Shown here piece after piece: positions 1 to 10,789 of a DNA stretch of 64,000 nucleotides (within the stretch, counting starts at the first letter, position 1; each line of letters opens with the position of its first letter). Made by a program: the position numbers and the translations under genes. This stretch comes from Thermodesulfovibrionales bacterium (lineage in GTDB: Bacteria; Nitrospirota; Thermodesulfovibrionia; Thermodesulfovibrionales; SM23-35), in contig CAVQRT010000002.1 of NCBI GenBank assembly GCA_963715195.1, positions 303,290 to 367,289 of the forward strand, written 5' to 3'. A model generated the notes under the pieces. That model was not told the DNA's origin. It was given only the letters and a program-made list of their open reading frames with translations, and searched no databases.

Positions 1-759
1 CTCTGCTGAAACACGCTGGAAGAGCATACTCTTGATTTTTTCAAATTCAACAGGCTTCCCCTTCTTTTTGTCGGTAACCTTGATGATATGGTATCCGAAT
101 TTTGTCTTGATCGGTACACTGCTGACTTCACCGGTCTTGAGTTTTTCAGCAGCAGCTTCGAATTCGGGGACCATCTGGCCGGGGGAGAAGTACCCGAGGT
201 CTCCGCCGTTCCGGGCAGAACCAGTATCAATCGAACTCTTTTTTGCAATCGCTGCAAAATCTTCACCCTTCTTCAGTCTCTCCAGGATGTTCTTCGCCTC
301 TTTCTCTGTTTTGACCAAAATATGGCTGGCTCTTATCTGGCTTACAGCGGAAAGCTCGTCCTTATGCTTGTCATAATAGTCTTTCACATCCTGCTCGGTG
401 ACCTTTGCCTTAAGCTCTATCTCCTTTTCAAGGAGCTGTCCGATAAGGGTAAGTTTCTTGAATTCTTCAAGTTTCTGCAAATATTCAGGGTCCTTTTGGA
501 GTCCTTTTTTCATGGCCTCCTGATACAGCAGCTCCTTCTTGATCATTTCATCGAGAAACTTCTCCTTTCCGGCAGTCCCCTCGAAAAGCTTCTGGGCAAA
601 CTCGGGCAGGTTCCTGAGGTCTCTTTCAAGATCATTTAGGGTTATTGTCTGGGAGCCGACTTTTGCAAGATACGGCCCTTTCTGCTCTCCTTTCCTGGCA
701 CAAGATACCGATGCACAGAGGACAGCAAAGAAGAGTATCAAAACGAAAACATTTTTCAT
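1..759 (-). CDS. PpiC/parvulin-type peptidyl-prolyl isomerase lipoprotein (PrsA/SurA-like), runs off the window edge
   Basis: Not in the ORF track; manual translation from ATG 759 (SD AGGAGG) gives [20 protein letters not shown]...RASHILVK...[14 protein letters not shown]...GGDLGYF...MVPEFE...KFGYHIIKV, the rotamase motifs. Confidence 0.9.
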   Translation of the reverse strand, partial: MKNVFVLILFFAVLCASVSCARKGEQKGPYLAKVGSQTITLNDLERDLRNLPEFAQKLFEGTAGKEKFLDEMIKKELLYQEAMKKGLQKDPEYLQKLEEFKKLTLIGQLLEKEIELKAKVTEQDVKDYYDKHKDELSAVSQIRASHILVKTEKEAKNILERLKKGEDFAAIAKKSSIDTGSARNGGDLGYFSPGQMVPEFEAAAEKLKTGEVSSVPIKTKFGYHIIKVTDKKKGKPVEFEKIKSMLFQRVSAE

Positions 760-861
760 GGAATCCTCCTGAGGTTGAATTTTACTTTTATAGCATAAGA
801 TGCATTCTTTTTGACACACAAAATTTATTGTGATAGATTACAAGAATCTGCTGAGGCGCTT

Positions 862-2148
862 GTGGAACGGCAAAAATCAAATCACCTTTACAAGATTGCG
901 TCCGAACTCATTCCGGGCGGAGTCAACAGCCCTGTGCGCGCCTTCCGCGCAGTCGGAGGGAATCCGGTATTTATTGAGCGGGCCCGGGGGTCAAAGATTT
1001 ATGACGTTGACGGGAATGTTTACATCGATTATGTCCTTTCGTGGGGTCCTTTGATACTCGGCCATGCCTGTCCGAAAGTCATCAATGCCCTTAAAAAAGC
1101 AGCGGAGAAAGGCACCAGTTACGGAGCTCCAACATCACTCGAGATTGAACTTGCGCAGCTTGTCCTGAAGGCTTACCCGTCTATGGATAAAGTCCGGATG
1201 GTCAACTCCGGTACTGAAGCAACAATGAGTGCAATCCGTGTTGCACGGGGTTTCACCGGACGGGACAAGATAATCAAGTTCGAGGGCTGCTATCACGGTC
1301 ATGCAGACGAAATGCTCGTTAAGGCCGGTTCAGGAGCCACAACCTTCGGAGTGCCGGACAGTCCTGGAGTGCCGAAGTCCTCTGCAAAAAACACCATTAC
1401 GATTCCCTACAATGACAGTGCTGCATTGAAAACAGCAATTACGAAAGAGTGGAAATCCATTGCGTGCGTAATCATTGAGCCAGTCGTGGGAAACATTGGC
1501 TGTGTATTGCCGAAACCCGGTTTTCTCGAAACAGTAAGAAAACTGACAGAACGCAATAATATCGTGCTCATTTTCGATGAGGTAATGACAGGGTTCAGGG
1601 TAGCCCGTGGCGGTGCACAGGCACACTATGGTATCAGACCTGACATGACGTGTCTCGGAAAGGTTATCGGTGGCGGTTTGCCTGTTGGCGCTTACGGGGG
1701 GAAGAAAGAAATCATGTCCATGGTCTCCCCTGAGGGCCCTGTTTATCAGGCAGGCACCCTCTCAGGAAATCCGCTCGCAATGACAGCTGGGATAACAACC
1801 CTGAAGATACTCTCGAAAGATGGCATATATGACAAGCTCGAGCAGAAAGCATCCCTGCTCGAGAAAGGGCTTCGCGAAGCATCCCGTAAGGCGGGAATCA
1901 AGACTCGCTTCTACCGCGCCGGAACCATGTTCTGCAGCTATTTCACCGATACCGACGTTGTTGATTACAAAACAGCGAAGACTGCTGATACGGAAAAATT
2001 CGCCCGATTTTTTAAGGCGATGCTGAAAAGAGGTATCTATATCGCACCTTCCCAGTTCGAGGCTGGATTCCTCTCATTAGCACATGCAGACAACGACATC
2101 GAAAAGACTGTCAGGGCTGTATACGAATCACTGAAAGAAATCAAATAG
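862..2148 (+). CDS. hemL: Glutamate-1-semialdehyde 2,1-aminomutase
   Basis: [57 protein letters not shown] 862 is the likely start within ORF 811..2148. Confidence 0.97.
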   Translation: MERQKSNHLYKIASELIPGGVNSPVRAFRAVGGNPVFIERARGSKIYDVDGNVYIDYVLSWGPLILGHACPKVINALKKAAEKGTSYGAPTSLEIELAQLVLKAYPSMDKVRMVNSGTEATMSAIRVARGFTGRDKIIKFEGCYHGHADEMLVKAGSGATTFGVPDSPGVPKSSAKNTITIPYNDSAALKTAITKEWKSIACVIIEPVVGNIGCVLPKPGFLETVRKLTERNNIVLIFDEVMTGFRVARGGAQAHYGIRPDMTCLGKVIGGGLPVGAYGGKKEIMSMVSPEGPVYQAGTLSGNPLAMTAGITTLKILSKDGIYDKLEQKASLLEKGLREASRKAGIKTRFYRAGTMFCSYFTDTDVVDYKTAKTADTEKFARFFKAMLKRGIYIAPSQFEAGFLSLAHADNDIEKTVRAVYESLKEIK

Positions 2149-2162
2149 ATTCTCCGAACTGT

Positions 2163-2408
2163 ATGGCTGAGAAATCATTCTTCAGAAATCTCCTCGAGGC
2201 AAGTACGGTCGGCCTGAATCTCGTAATCGCTACCTTTATCGGTCTCGCAATGGGATACGGGCTTGACTATGCTATGGATAAGTGGTTTGGCTGGCATACC
2301 AAGCCATGGCTGACAATCATCTTCCTTTTCCTGGGAATCGTCTCAGGGTTCAGAGAACTGTTGAGGATGGCAAAAAAGGCAAGCAATGAATCTCAAAAGA
2401 ATCTATAA
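2163..2408 (+). CDS. AtpZ/AtpI-family small membrane protein
   Basis: Two TM helices with G..LD.WF..T.PW...FLFLGIVSGF pattern. Confidence 0.85.
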   Translation: MAEKSFFRNLLEASTVGLNLVIATFIGLAMGYGLDYAMDKWFGWHTKPWLTIIFLFLGIVSGFRELLRMAKKASNESQKNL

Positions 2409-2790
2409 GCAGGGAACGATCATTCTTCTCTGCCTTTCGGCTGCTTCTGTTTTTTTCGACTGGAATAAGTTCCCTTTAAGTATTCTCATCGGGGGCCTGC
2501 TCGGGCTGGCCAATCTCAAGGGTCTTGCCTGGGGTTTGCGTGATTTTGCTGCATCCAGACCGACCGGACGGGTTATTTTCTGGAGCATGGTCAGGTTTTT
2601 CCTGCTCGGCCTGATCCTTTTCATCCTAGCATTGCTAAAATTGATCAATTTTATCGGCATTCTCATTGGATTCACGGTTGTTTTTATCCTGATTTTAAAA
2701 GAGGGGCTACAGACTGCAAAGGAATATTCTGAGACAGGGAAAGGCGATCAAACAAAACAGTCAATCAATTCCGCGGACGCGCAGAAATAA
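2386..2790 (+). CDS. atpI: ATP synthase subunit I-like membrane protein
   Basis: Four hydrophobic segments, SILIGGLLGLANL; overlaps the AtpZ-like gene as in atp operon heads. Confidence 0.7.
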   Translation: MNLKRIYKQGTIILLCLSAASVFFDWNKFPLSILIGGLLGLANLKGLAWGLRDFAASRPTGRVIFWSMVRFFLLGLILFILALLKLINFIGILIGFTVVFILILKEGLQTAKEYSETGKGDQTKQSINSADAQK

Positions 2791-2845
2791 CTCTCTTCCA
2801 CAAGGGATAGAGCTTCTGCATAATTTCGGGAGGAGGAAAATATCA

Positions 2846-3406
2846 ATGGACACTCAGGAACTTTTAAGACAAGCGCAGTTACTTTTTGCTGAAGGAAAAG
2901 ATACGGAAAGCATTGAAGCCTTCACGAAAGCGCTGGAGGCAGGGGCAGATCCCTACATTGCCCATTTGAGCCGCGGTGTTGGATATGTGAAGATTCAGGA
3001 TATTGATAATGCACTTGCTGATTTCGGCAAAGCAATCAACCTGAACAAGCAGAGTGCGCGGGCGCACTTCTTCCGCGGCATGGCTTACATGATGAAAAAC
3101 GAATTCGAGAATGCAGTTTCAGACTTTACCCATGCACTGGAATATAAGAAGGATTACGGCATGGCCAAGTTCTGCCGCGCTGTTTCGAACGCCCGTTTGG
3201 GCAATTTCGAGGACTCCTCAAAAGATATGCTTGCTGTTCTGCCCCAGATGGAGGAGAATCTCCAGAGTTTTGCCGATACGTATGGCATTGTGAGAACCGA
3301 AATGTGGAAAGTAATGGCTCAATTATCAGGGGAGGCAAAAACCCCTACCATCGAATTACCAGAAAAAGATATCAGCACGCTGAAGAAATGGCTTGAACAG
3401 GAATAG
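2846..3406 (+). CDS. Tetratricopeptide repeat protein
   Basis: Repeated A...RG..Y......A..DF..A patterns; SD GGAGGAGG. Confidence 0.85.
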   Translation: MDTQELLRQAQLLFAEGKDTESIEAFTKALEAGADPYIAHLSRGVGYVKIQDIDNALADFGKAINLNKQSARAHFFRGMAYMMKNEFENAVSDFTHALEYKKDYGMAKFCRAVSNARLGNFEDSSKDMLAVLPQMEENLQSFADTYGIVRTEMWKVMAQLSGEAKTPTIELPEKDISTLKKWLEQE

Positions 3407-3423
3407 CGTTCATCGGGGGCGAA

Positions 3424-4851
3424 TCAAGAAACCAAATGAAGCTGCCTGAGCATCCTAAGCCGGTAAGGATGCTTGAGTTTTCTCATCGCTTTCACCTCGA
3501 TTTGCCGGACTCTTTCCCGCGTGATGGAGAGTTGCTTGCCTATTTCATCGAGGGTATGGTCCCTGTCAACACCGATGCCAAATCTCATGCGTATGACCAT
3601 CTCCTCTCTGGGGTTCAGCGTTGTCTTGAGGATTTGCAATAAGACTTCCGTTGTCTTGTTCTTTTCTGTATCGTCATAGGGAGAAAAACTGCTGTCGCCG
3701 ATGAAATCTTCCAGTGTCGCCTCATCATCTCCGATCGGGGTTTGCAAAGTCACCGGATCCTGAACAGCTCTCAGAACGGCTTCTACCTTCCGGACGGGCA
3801 TGCCGATTTTTTGTGCAATCTCCTCGGTACCCGGTTCCCGCCCGAATTGTTGCGTCAGTTCCTTCGAGGCATTGTTTATCTTGTTATTCAACTCCATCAT
3901 GTGAACCGGCACCCGTATGGTCTTTGTCTGTTCCACCAGAGCCCTGGTAATCGCCTGCTTTATCCACCAGGTAGCGTAGGTGCTGAACTTGAATCCCATG
4001 GTATAGTCAAACCGTTCTATAGCTTTCATCAGCCCGATATTTCCCTCCTGAATGAGATCAAGCAGGGAAAGACCCCTCCCGATATAATGCTTTGCAATAT
4101 TGATGACGAGCCGCAGGTTATGAATAATGAGTTCATTTTTTGCTTTGGACACAACTTCACGTGCGAGCGCAACCTGATGGTATTCCTGCTTCAGTTCATC
4201 TATCGCAATGCCGACCTCAGATTCAACCCGTTTCTGCTCTGCTTCCAGTGCTTCCGGAAACCGGCGAAGCTTCGCCGGTTTCTGCCCTCTTTTCTTCCTT
4301 TGCGGCACCCCTGTTTTGCATTTCCGAAGGTTTTCGCAATGGAAGTATTTTCGCTCGGTCACAGCAATTTCTTCCATAAGATCGTCAAGTCTTGCCAGGC
4401 TCTTTCTCAATGCTTGCTCTGCCATATCATCTTCGGAGCCATCATATTCCTCGAGTTCCCGCGAATCAAGCAGATCAAGGATATTCTTGTATAAGGGAAG
4501 AACGGTAATGGTTTTCTTAATAACCTCGTTACCCACCTCTATTCTCAGTGCAAGTCCCGTTTCTTCATCCCTTGAAAGGATAGAGATATCACCCATGGAG
4601 TGGAAATACGCCTGAATGAGATCATCACTCTTTTCGTGTGATTCCTTTTCCTCAGGAATGTCTTCTTCGCCCTGGGCACCCTCGGTATTTACCACCTTTA
4701 CGCCCATATCCTGGAGAAGAGTCATAAAATCCTCCAGTTCCTCCTCGGCAATAAAATCCTGCGGGAGAGCATGCTGAATTTCATCGTGGGTAAGAAACCC
4801 GCGCCTCTTCCCCAGATCAATGACCTCTTCAAAAATATCCCACTCTTTCAT
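3424..4851 (-). CDS. RpoD/SigA-like sigma-70 factor (likely a paralogue)
   Basis: Region 1.1 (LGKRRGFLTHDEI), 2 (NLRLVINIAKHY, DLIQEGNIGLMKA, FSTYATWWIKQAI), 4 (TRERVRQIE). Confidence 0.93.
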   Translation of the reverse strand: MKEWDIFEEVIDLGKRRGFLTHDEIQHALPQDFIAEEELEDFMTLLQDMGVKVVNTEGAQGEEDIPEEKESHEKSDDLIQAYFHSMGDISILSRDEETGLALRIEVGNEVIKKTITVLPLYKNILDLLDSRELEEYDGSEDDMAEQALRKSLARLDDLMEEIAVTERKYFHCENLRKCKTGVPQRKKRGQKPAKLRRFPEALEAEQKRVESEVGIAIDELKQEYHQVALAREVVSKAKNELIIHNLRLVINIAKHYIGRGLSLLDLIQEGNIGLMKAIERFDYTMGFKFSTYATWWIKQAITRALVEQTKTIRVPVHMMELNNKINNASKELTQQFGREPGTEEIAQKIGMPVRKVEAVLRAVQDPVTLQTPIGDDEATLEDFIGDSSFSPYDDTEKNKTTEVLLQILKTTLNPREEMVIRMRFGIGVDRDHTLDEIGKQLSITRERVRQIEVKAMRKLKHPYRLRMLRQLHLVS

Positions 4852-5127
4852 GCCGTTGCCTTCATATGACTGATCTTTACCCTAAGATCGCATGGTTGCG
4901 GTTCAGGACTTGCGATTCTTCTGTCTATGCTCTTCCTGGGACAGGAGAGAAGAAGCTTCATACCCTATTTCGTCGATGGTAAACGAATTATTTCTCGTTA
5001 TCCCTTCCTCCGGTTTGGAGTCAGGTTTGAGTCTTATGCCCTTCAGTTTCCTGAAAATTCGCTCTATGCGGAACATATTCTCTGAGTGTTTCTCCTTGAA
5101 TGTTATCAACAAATATATTGATAATTA

Positions 5128-5143
5128 AGCAATATATATGCCA
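5128..5143 (-). promoter_or_regulatory. Putative sigma54 -24/-12 promoter
   Basis: Minus strand TGGCAT-ATATA-TTGCT, exact GG-N10-GC spacing, pointing at the sigma-70 gene. Confidence 0.65.
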
Positions 5144-5191
5144 TTATTCCCGTAATGGAGATGAAAAAACTGGGGGCTGATCAGGAACTGA

Positions 5192-6118
5192 TTACTCTTT
5201 GAACAAATCAGTGCTCAGGTAACGCTCTCCGGTACTCGGCAGGATGACAACGATCTGTTTCTCTCTGTTTTCAGGCCGCTTGGCAACTGTAAGTGCTGCC
5301 CATACAGCAGCACCTGAGGAGATTCCGCACAGGATCCCTTCCGTTTTCGCGAGAGACCGGGCCGTTTCAAAAGCATCTTCATCCCTCACGGTAACAATTT
5401 CATCAAGAATTGATGTATTGAGTACCTGCGGGATAAAACCGGCTCCGATTCCCTGGATTTTGTGAACTCCGGGATTCCCTCCCGAGAGGACCGGAGATCC
5501 GGTAGGTTCAACGGCAACGGCTTTCACCCCGGTTTTTCTCTCTTTGATAACCTCTGCAATCCCGGTAATAGTCCCCCCGGTTCCAACACCGGATACCAGG
5601 ATATCAACCCCACCTGCAGAATCCCGCCAGATCTCCTCAGCAGTCGTTCTCCGGTGAATTTCAGGATTTGCCGGATTACTGAACTGATCAGGCATGAATG
5701 CTCCCTGTGTCTGTGAAACTATTTCTTTTGCTTTGCGAATAGCGCCGATTATTCCCTCACCTCCCGGTGTAAGAACTATTTTCGCCCCGAGGTGTTTGAG
5801 GAGCTTCCTTCGTTCGATACTCATCGTCTCCGGCATTGTCAGAATCAAACGGTATCCCCGGACAGCGCAGACGAACGCAAGGGCTATTCCTGTGTTGCCG
5901 CTTGTGGGCTCAATGACTACGGTATTCCTGTGAAGAAGTCCCTGAGCTTCCGCAGCCCTTATCATGGCAAGTCCGACGCGGTCTTTTACGCTTCCAAGGG
6001 GATTTTTTGATTCGAGCTTGCCGAGAATCGTTGCATTGATTCCTCGGCTGACATGGTTGAATCGCACCAGAGGAGTATATCCTACAGTTTCAGTAATGTC
6101 GCGGAAGATTTTTGCCAC
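5192..6118 (-). CDS. cysK: Cysteine synthase A
   Basis: [44 protein letters not shown]. Confidence 0.97.
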   Translation of the reverse strand: MAKIFRDITETVGYTPLVRFNHVSRGINATILGKLESKNPLGSVKDRVGLAMIRAAEAQGLLHRNTVVIEPTSGNTGIALAFVCAVRGYRLILTMPETMSIERRKLLKHLGAKIVLTPGGEGIIGAIRKAKEIVSQTQGAFMPDQFSNPANPEIHRRTTAEEIWRDSAGGVDILVSGVGTGGTITGIAEVIKERKTGVKAVAVEPTGSPVLSGGNPGVHKIQGIGAGFIPQVLNTSILDEIVTVRDEDAFETARSLAKTEGILCGISSGAAVWAALTVAKRPENREKQIVVILPSTGERYLSTDLFKE

Positions 6119-6120
6119 TC

Positions 6121-7068
6121 TTACGGTTTAAAAACCAGTTCAGGTTTTTTCAGAAAGACTTTCGTATCTGGGGGCACCGACTCCGTAATCCAGACATTCC
6201 CGCCAACTACAGACCGGGCACCGATCACAGCCTCTCCTCCTAATATCGTAACTCCGGCATAGATGATAACATCATTTTCGATGGTCGGATGGCGCTTTTG
6301 GCTCCTGAGCTTCTCAACAGTGTCTTTCGGCAGGGACAGAGCACCAAGAGTAACGCCCTGATAGATCCTCACCCGGTTGCCGATCTCTGTTGTCTCCCCG
6401 ATAACAACACCGGTACCGTGATCAATAAAAAAACTCTCCCCGATGCTGGCACCGGGATGGATGTCAATTCCTGTCATGTTATGGGCATATTCTGTCATAA
6501 TGCGGGGAATGAGTGAAACGCCTTGTTTGTAAAGTTCATGGGCAATCCGGTAAACCGTGATCGCAAAAAGACCGGGGTAACTGAAAATGATTTCGTCAAA
6601 CCCCTTTGCTGCCGGATCGCCTTCATACGCGGCGCGTATATCTTTTGCGAGGAGCCTTCTAAGACGCGGGAGTTCCCGCATAAAATGAATCGCTATCTTC
6701 TGGCCCCGACCCTCACAGTCTATGCATACCATGTGGTGACGACGGCACTCATGCCGGATTGCAAGGGTAACCTGTTCTGAAAGTGCCTCAAACAGGTGCG
6801 TCACCTCCTGCCCGTAATAATAGAGCAAATTCACCGTGTCGATGCGGGTGCGGGAAAAGTATCCCGGGTAGAGTACCCGGCACGCCAGGTGGATGATTCC
6901 GATTATAGCCTCTTTGGAAGGCAGCGGTTCGATGTCGACATGATCGAAACAGTCTCCTGTTGTACAGGATTTAACCAGATCATCCACGATGCCCGGTATC
7001 TCTTCACGAAACTCTTTGGTATCTTCCTTTTTAACCTTACATTGCTCAAGTTTAGATTCGTCCATCAC
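6121..7068 (-). CDS. cysE: Serine O-acetyltransferase (long EpsC type)
   Basis: [33 protein letters not shown]; adjacent to cysK. Confidence 0.93.
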   Translation of the reverse strand: MMDESKLEQCKVKKEDTKEFREEIPGIVDDLVKSCTTGDCFDHVDIEPLPSKEAIIGIIHLACRVLYPGYFSRTRIDTVNLLYYYGQEVTHLFEALSEQVTLAIRHECRRHHMVCIDCEGRGQKIAIHFMRELPRLRRLLAKDIRAAYEGDPAAKGFDEIIFSYPGLFAITVYRIAHELYKQGVSLIPRIMTEYAHNMTGIDIHPGASIGESFFIDHGTGVVIGETTEIGNRVRIYQGVTLGALSLPKDTVEKLRSQKRHPTIENDVIIYAGVTILGGEAVIGARSVVGGNVWITESVPPDTKVFLKKPELVFKP

Positions 7069-7237
7069 AAGTCTTACCTCACTGAGGGTCTTTCACCATG
7101 AATGGTGTTTCCGGCATGAGACACGCCGTTTCAGCTATTGTAGCGCATCCCTGCCACCGCGACAAGAGGACTGTCCAGAACAGGCGGTTTCCGTGGTATA
7201 CTTTTCATCGGATAAAAGATATAATGTGTTGTTTTGA

Positions 7238-7534
7238 ATGGAGAATTTGAGCGGGATGTTTATTCTGAATGATTTCGAAGGAACAGCGGTCGGCATCGAT
7301 TTTTGCGACGGAGATTTGCAAACCGTACTCTCACTTTTAGCGGATGCAGCCCGTTTTGACGGATTTCTTATCATTGTGGACAGACAGATTAAAGGCAAAA
7401 TCCAGATAAAAATGGATGAACCATGGAACCTCATCCTTGTTGAGATATTGGCAGGTGTCAACTTCGCAACAACCGTCGTGAAAAACAGCATTATCATCTC
7501 ATACGATCTTTCATGCAGCAGTCAGCCCAACTGA
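7238..7534 (+). CDS. Hypothetical protein resembling a secretin/TonB short N-terminal (STN) domain
   Basis: IDFCDGDLQTVLSLLA...IIVDRQIKGKIQI...PWNLILVEIL resembles the PilQ N0 pattern. Confidence 0.5.
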   Translation: MENLSGMFILNDFEGTAVGIDFCDGDLQTVLSLLADAARFDGFLIIVDRQIKGKIQIKMDEPWNLILVEILAGVNFATTVVKNSIIISYDLSCSSQPN

Positions 7535-7676
7535 TCAGCTCCGGACAATGAATAACTTTCACGGTTTTTTCATATTTTCTTCATCATTTCTTCATAAGTT
7601 TCAGATACTATAAAACCAAGTAAGGTGCAAAACAGCATACCATTTGTGCTATTCTGATTGATGCACCAACCCTCCT

Positions 7677-7710
7677 GGCAGCCAGATTCCCCCTCTGGCT
7701 GCCTTTACTT
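7677..7710 (+). terminator. Probable intrinsic terminator between convergent genes
   Basis: Perfect 10-bp stem GGCAGCCAGA/TCTGGCTGCC followed by TTTACTT. Confidence 0.65.
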
Positions 7711-7727
7711 CATTTCCTGTAAGTATG

Positions 7728-8324
7728 CTATTGAAGCAGGGTGTTGCTCTGCAGTTCAGCAATTATTACCGGCACAAACGAACGGATAACCACTTCAGCA
7801 GAACCTTCAAAAATTGTTTCCGTAACCGCTGACCATATCAGCCTGTCCTTTTTTGCATCAAAAATCCTTGTCTCGATCACTACATTGCGCCCGATTGAAA
7901 CGATCTGGCAGCATTGGAGATAATAACCATAAGATCCGCTTCCCTGTCCGGTTACTGCCGGATAAGTCTCATATATCCCCGTATCAGCAACATCTTTCAG
8001 TGTCGCGATAAGGAGAGCATCTGCCTGCAATTCGCTCACTTTCGATGCAAAAATCCGCTTGTCAAGCATTTCCTCTTCCGTAAAAATGCGATAGCTCCGA
8101 ATCGCCTCTGCTCCACCTGCATTGAGCTGTTCACCAAATTCGTCCTCCAAAAGCTTCCTCACGGCATCACTCCGGTCGACACCGACAATGAGGATCTTTT
8201 GCAGATGGCCTCCGCGATACGCATCATCCTTCCATACCTGTTTCAGTGTTGTCGGAGCGCACGCAGTAAGCACCGGCAGCAGTATAAAAATAAAAAGCTT
8301 GATACAGGATCCTTTCCATGCCAT
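7728..8324 (-). CDS. Hypothetical lipoprotein (DUF4136-like)
   Basis: ATG 8324 after GGGGAGGG; lipobox LTAC; C-terminal ETRIFD...LIWSA. Confidence 0.7.
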   Translation of the reverse strand: MAWKGSCIKLFIFILLPVLTACAPTTLKQVWKDDAYRGGHLQKILIVGVDRSDAVRKLLEDEFGEQLNAGGAEAIRSYRIFTEEEMLDKRIFASKVSELQADALLIATLKDVADTGIYETYPAVTGQGSGSYGYYLQCCQIVSIGRNVVIETRIFDAKKDRLIWSAVTETIFEGSAEVVIRSFVPVIIAELQSNTLLQ

Positions 8325-8438
8325 TTCCTTACCCTCCCCACTATGCTTTGTTTTCCTATAATACCCGAATCCTGTGAGAACCAACCGGTTCGGCACACAC
8401 AATGCTCTTTCATTATAATTTTTTTTGCTCCATACTAA

Positions 8439-8467
8439 TTGACTTTGTGAGGTGCATCCGGTAAAGT
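8439..8467 (+). promoter_or_regulatory. Putative sigma70 promoter of the GAF/HD-GYP gene
   Basis: TTGACT-N17-TAAAGT just upstream of ATG 8475. Confidence 0.5.
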
Positions 8468-8474
8468 TTTATCG

Positions 8475-9780
8475 ATGTCCAAACAGGTTAAATCGGCCAA
8501 GCCTCCGATCATCGAAGAAATTCGGGCCAAATTGCGCCTCCTGAATCTTAGTAGCGGCCTTTGTCATCTTTACCCTTCTCGCCGTTATCCTCAGATATCT
8601 TTTCAAACCATTGAACGAGGTGCTCGATTTCCTCCCGGATATTTCCATTACGCTCATAATCGTCATCATCCTGATCCTTACCATCGCCGGGTTTATCGTG
8701 TGGCGTTCAGTCTCAAAAAAAATTATACAGAGCATAGAAAAATACCGGGCGAGGCTGGACACAATTTTCGCCGTGACGAAGGACATGCGTGAAGAGCTTT
8801 ATGGTGACATCCTGCTGGACAAAATAATATCCCATGGCATTTCCCTTACTCAGTCTGAAGCAGGGTTTGTTCTGCTGAAACAGGATGGCAATTTCGTCTT
8901 CAGGATCGTTAAAGGTCCGGCACGGGATATCCTGATGGGAACGCCGCTGCCGAACGGCAGAGGAATTGCCGGATGGGTGCTGAAAACTGGCAAATCTCTG
9001 AATATATCAAACGTGATGACCGATAAACGGTTTGATGCTGCAGTTGATGCCCTTTCCGGTGATCAGACGGCATCCGTTCTCTCGATGCCTTTATCAACAA
9101 AGAACGGCATTATCGGCGTCATAGAACTGAGCCGTCGGGGAGGTGCTTATGATGACAAAGATGCTGAGTTGATCGGCTACCTGGGGGACCAGGCAGCAAG
9201 CTCCCTTGTACAGGCACAGTTCCATGAAGACCAGAAAAACTATGAAATCCATATCACGGATATTCTCCTGAAGGCCATTGATGCGCACATCCCGGAGAAA
9301 CGGGGGCATTCGCACAGAGTGGCGAAGTACAGCAACATAATCGCAAAGGCCATCAATATGCCCGAGGAACAGAAAAAACATCTATATCTGGCAAGCCTGC
9401 TCCACGATCTTGGGTTTCTCCGTATAAAGGCTGAGGAAATGCTCACCCGTGAAGACTGTATCAAGCATTCTGTCATCGGGTACGAAATGATACGGCCGAT
9501 CAACTTTTATGCGGATATCGCGCCCTTCATCCTCCACCATCATGAACGTTATGATGGTGGAGGATATCCGGCAAAACTTCAGGGAACGGCAATTCCTCTT
9601 GAATCAAGAATAATAAGCATTGCCGAAGCATTTGATGCCATGACAAGCGGATCCTACTACAAGACGCCCATCAAAGCGGAAGAGGCGGTCAGGGAACTGG
9701 AGGAAAATGCCGGGACGCAGTTTGACCCCGCACTTGTTCAGACCTTCGTCAAAAATATCCGCATAGATCATCCTCAGTAG
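8475..9780 (+). CDS. Membrane-anchored GAF + HD-GYP protein (cyclic dinucleotide phosphodiesterase family) with an apparent +1 frameshift near 8544
   Basis: GAF (GRGIAGWV, SVLSMPL), HSHRVA, LLHDLG, HHHERYDGGGYP; N-terminus in the frame of ATG 8475, remainder in the frame of ORF 8611..9780. Confidence 0.85.
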
Positions 9781-9816
9781 TATCCCGGCAATCCTTTCCT
9801 GACAGAGGCGGCCGGA

Positions 9817-10440
9817 TCAGATGAGGCCCAGCATGACCAGACCATTCTTAACAAACAGAACCGCAAAGATTGCCAGAATGACCCCGGTTGCTCTGATGAC
9901 ATACAGGTATGTCCTGCTTTTCAGAAATTTCTTTGATCTGTTGACAAGAAGCGCAATCAGAATTTTCGAACCAATAAGGAGAATATAGAATCCGGCTATG
10001 AATGACAGGGCGGAAAACTTGCCGGTCCGGCAGGCTTTCAGGATGATGGGAGAACCAATTGTTAACCAGAAGAGGTAAGGATGGGGACTCAGGAAATTTG
10101 TTATCACCCCTTTGCGGAGAGACTGCGGCTTCACGGAACGAAGACGAGGATGCACGTCCCGTATCATGATGTTCCGGTAGGCAAGAGAGGCGAGGAATGA
10201 TGATCCCGCAAGGGAGATGAGCCCCAGAAGAAAATCAGAGTGCGAGATTCCTGAGAGGATGAACACACTTGCCCCAATGATCGGCACATCAGTCAGTACC
10301 GGCGCAACCGATACCAGAACTCCTTCCTTCCTGCTGTGTATGAGGGTTTCTGATATGACAAGGGCAAGAAGAGGCCCGGGGGAAATCCCCGCAGCGAATC
10401 CCAGCAGAATACCCGAAACAAAATAGTGCATTGATTCCAT
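9817..10440 (-). CDS. LysE family translocator
   Basis: GISPGP, GVITNFLSPHPYLFW, multiple TM helices. Confidence 0.9.
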   Translation of the reverse strand: MESMHYFVSGILLGFAAGISPGPLLALVISETLIHSRKEGVLVSVAPVLTDVPIIGASVFILSGISHSDFLLGLISLAGSSFLASLAYRNIMIRDVHPRLRSVKPQSLRKGVITNFLSPHPYLFWLTIGSPIILKACRTGKFSALSFIAGFYILLIGSKILIALLVNRSKKFLKSRTYLYVIRATGVILAIFAVLFVKNGLVMLGLI

Positions 10441-10453
10441 CAGGCCCAGATTC

Positions 10454-10483
10454 TTGACACCCGAAAACGCAAAAGTGTAAAGT
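10454..10483 (+). promoter_or_regulatory. Putative sigma70 promoter of tRNA-Phe
   Basis: TTGACA-N18-TAAAGT, 9 nt before the tRNA. Confidence 0.55.
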
Positions 10484-10492
10484 TAAGTTTGT

Positions 10493-10568
10493 GGGCAGTT
10501 AGCTCAGTCGGTAGAGCAGAGGCCTGAAAAGCCTCGTGTCCGCAGTTCGATTCTGCGACTGCCCACCA
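10493..10568 (+). tRNA. tRNA-Phe(GAA)
   Basis: Acceptor GGGCAGT/ACTGCCC, D arm GCTC/GAGC, anticodon arm GAGGC-CTGAAAA-GCCTC, T arm CGCAG-TTCGATT-CTGCG, encoded CCA; 76 nt. Confidence 0.98.
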
Positions 10569-10789
10569 TCCCGTTGTCAACATCCGCTCACCATGTCTTG
10601 CCATTCCGGATATTATCTGCCCAGATACCGGATAAACGTTTATCGTATGTGAAGAAAATAATGACACAGTTGGAAGAGAAATCATTCTACAATCAGTTTT
10701 TATTCAATAGGAAGACATCGTGTTCATAATTATAATAAATTCACTTTTTTCTTGACAAAACAATTAAATTTCGCCGAAAATTGACAGGT

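Noticed and set aside
8391..8406. sigma54-like CGGCAC-N5-ATGCT
   Set aside because: Two mismatches to consensus, and a better-placed sigma70 promoter lies at 8439-8467.
8533..8544. In-frame C-A-S-TGA (CxxU-like) upstream of the HD-GYP ORF, tempting given selA/selB
   Set aside because: No start codon in that frame upstream; a single-base frameshift explains the region better.
10569..10780. Integrative element at tRNA-Phe
   Set aside because: No integrase and no duplicated tRNA 3' end seen in the window.
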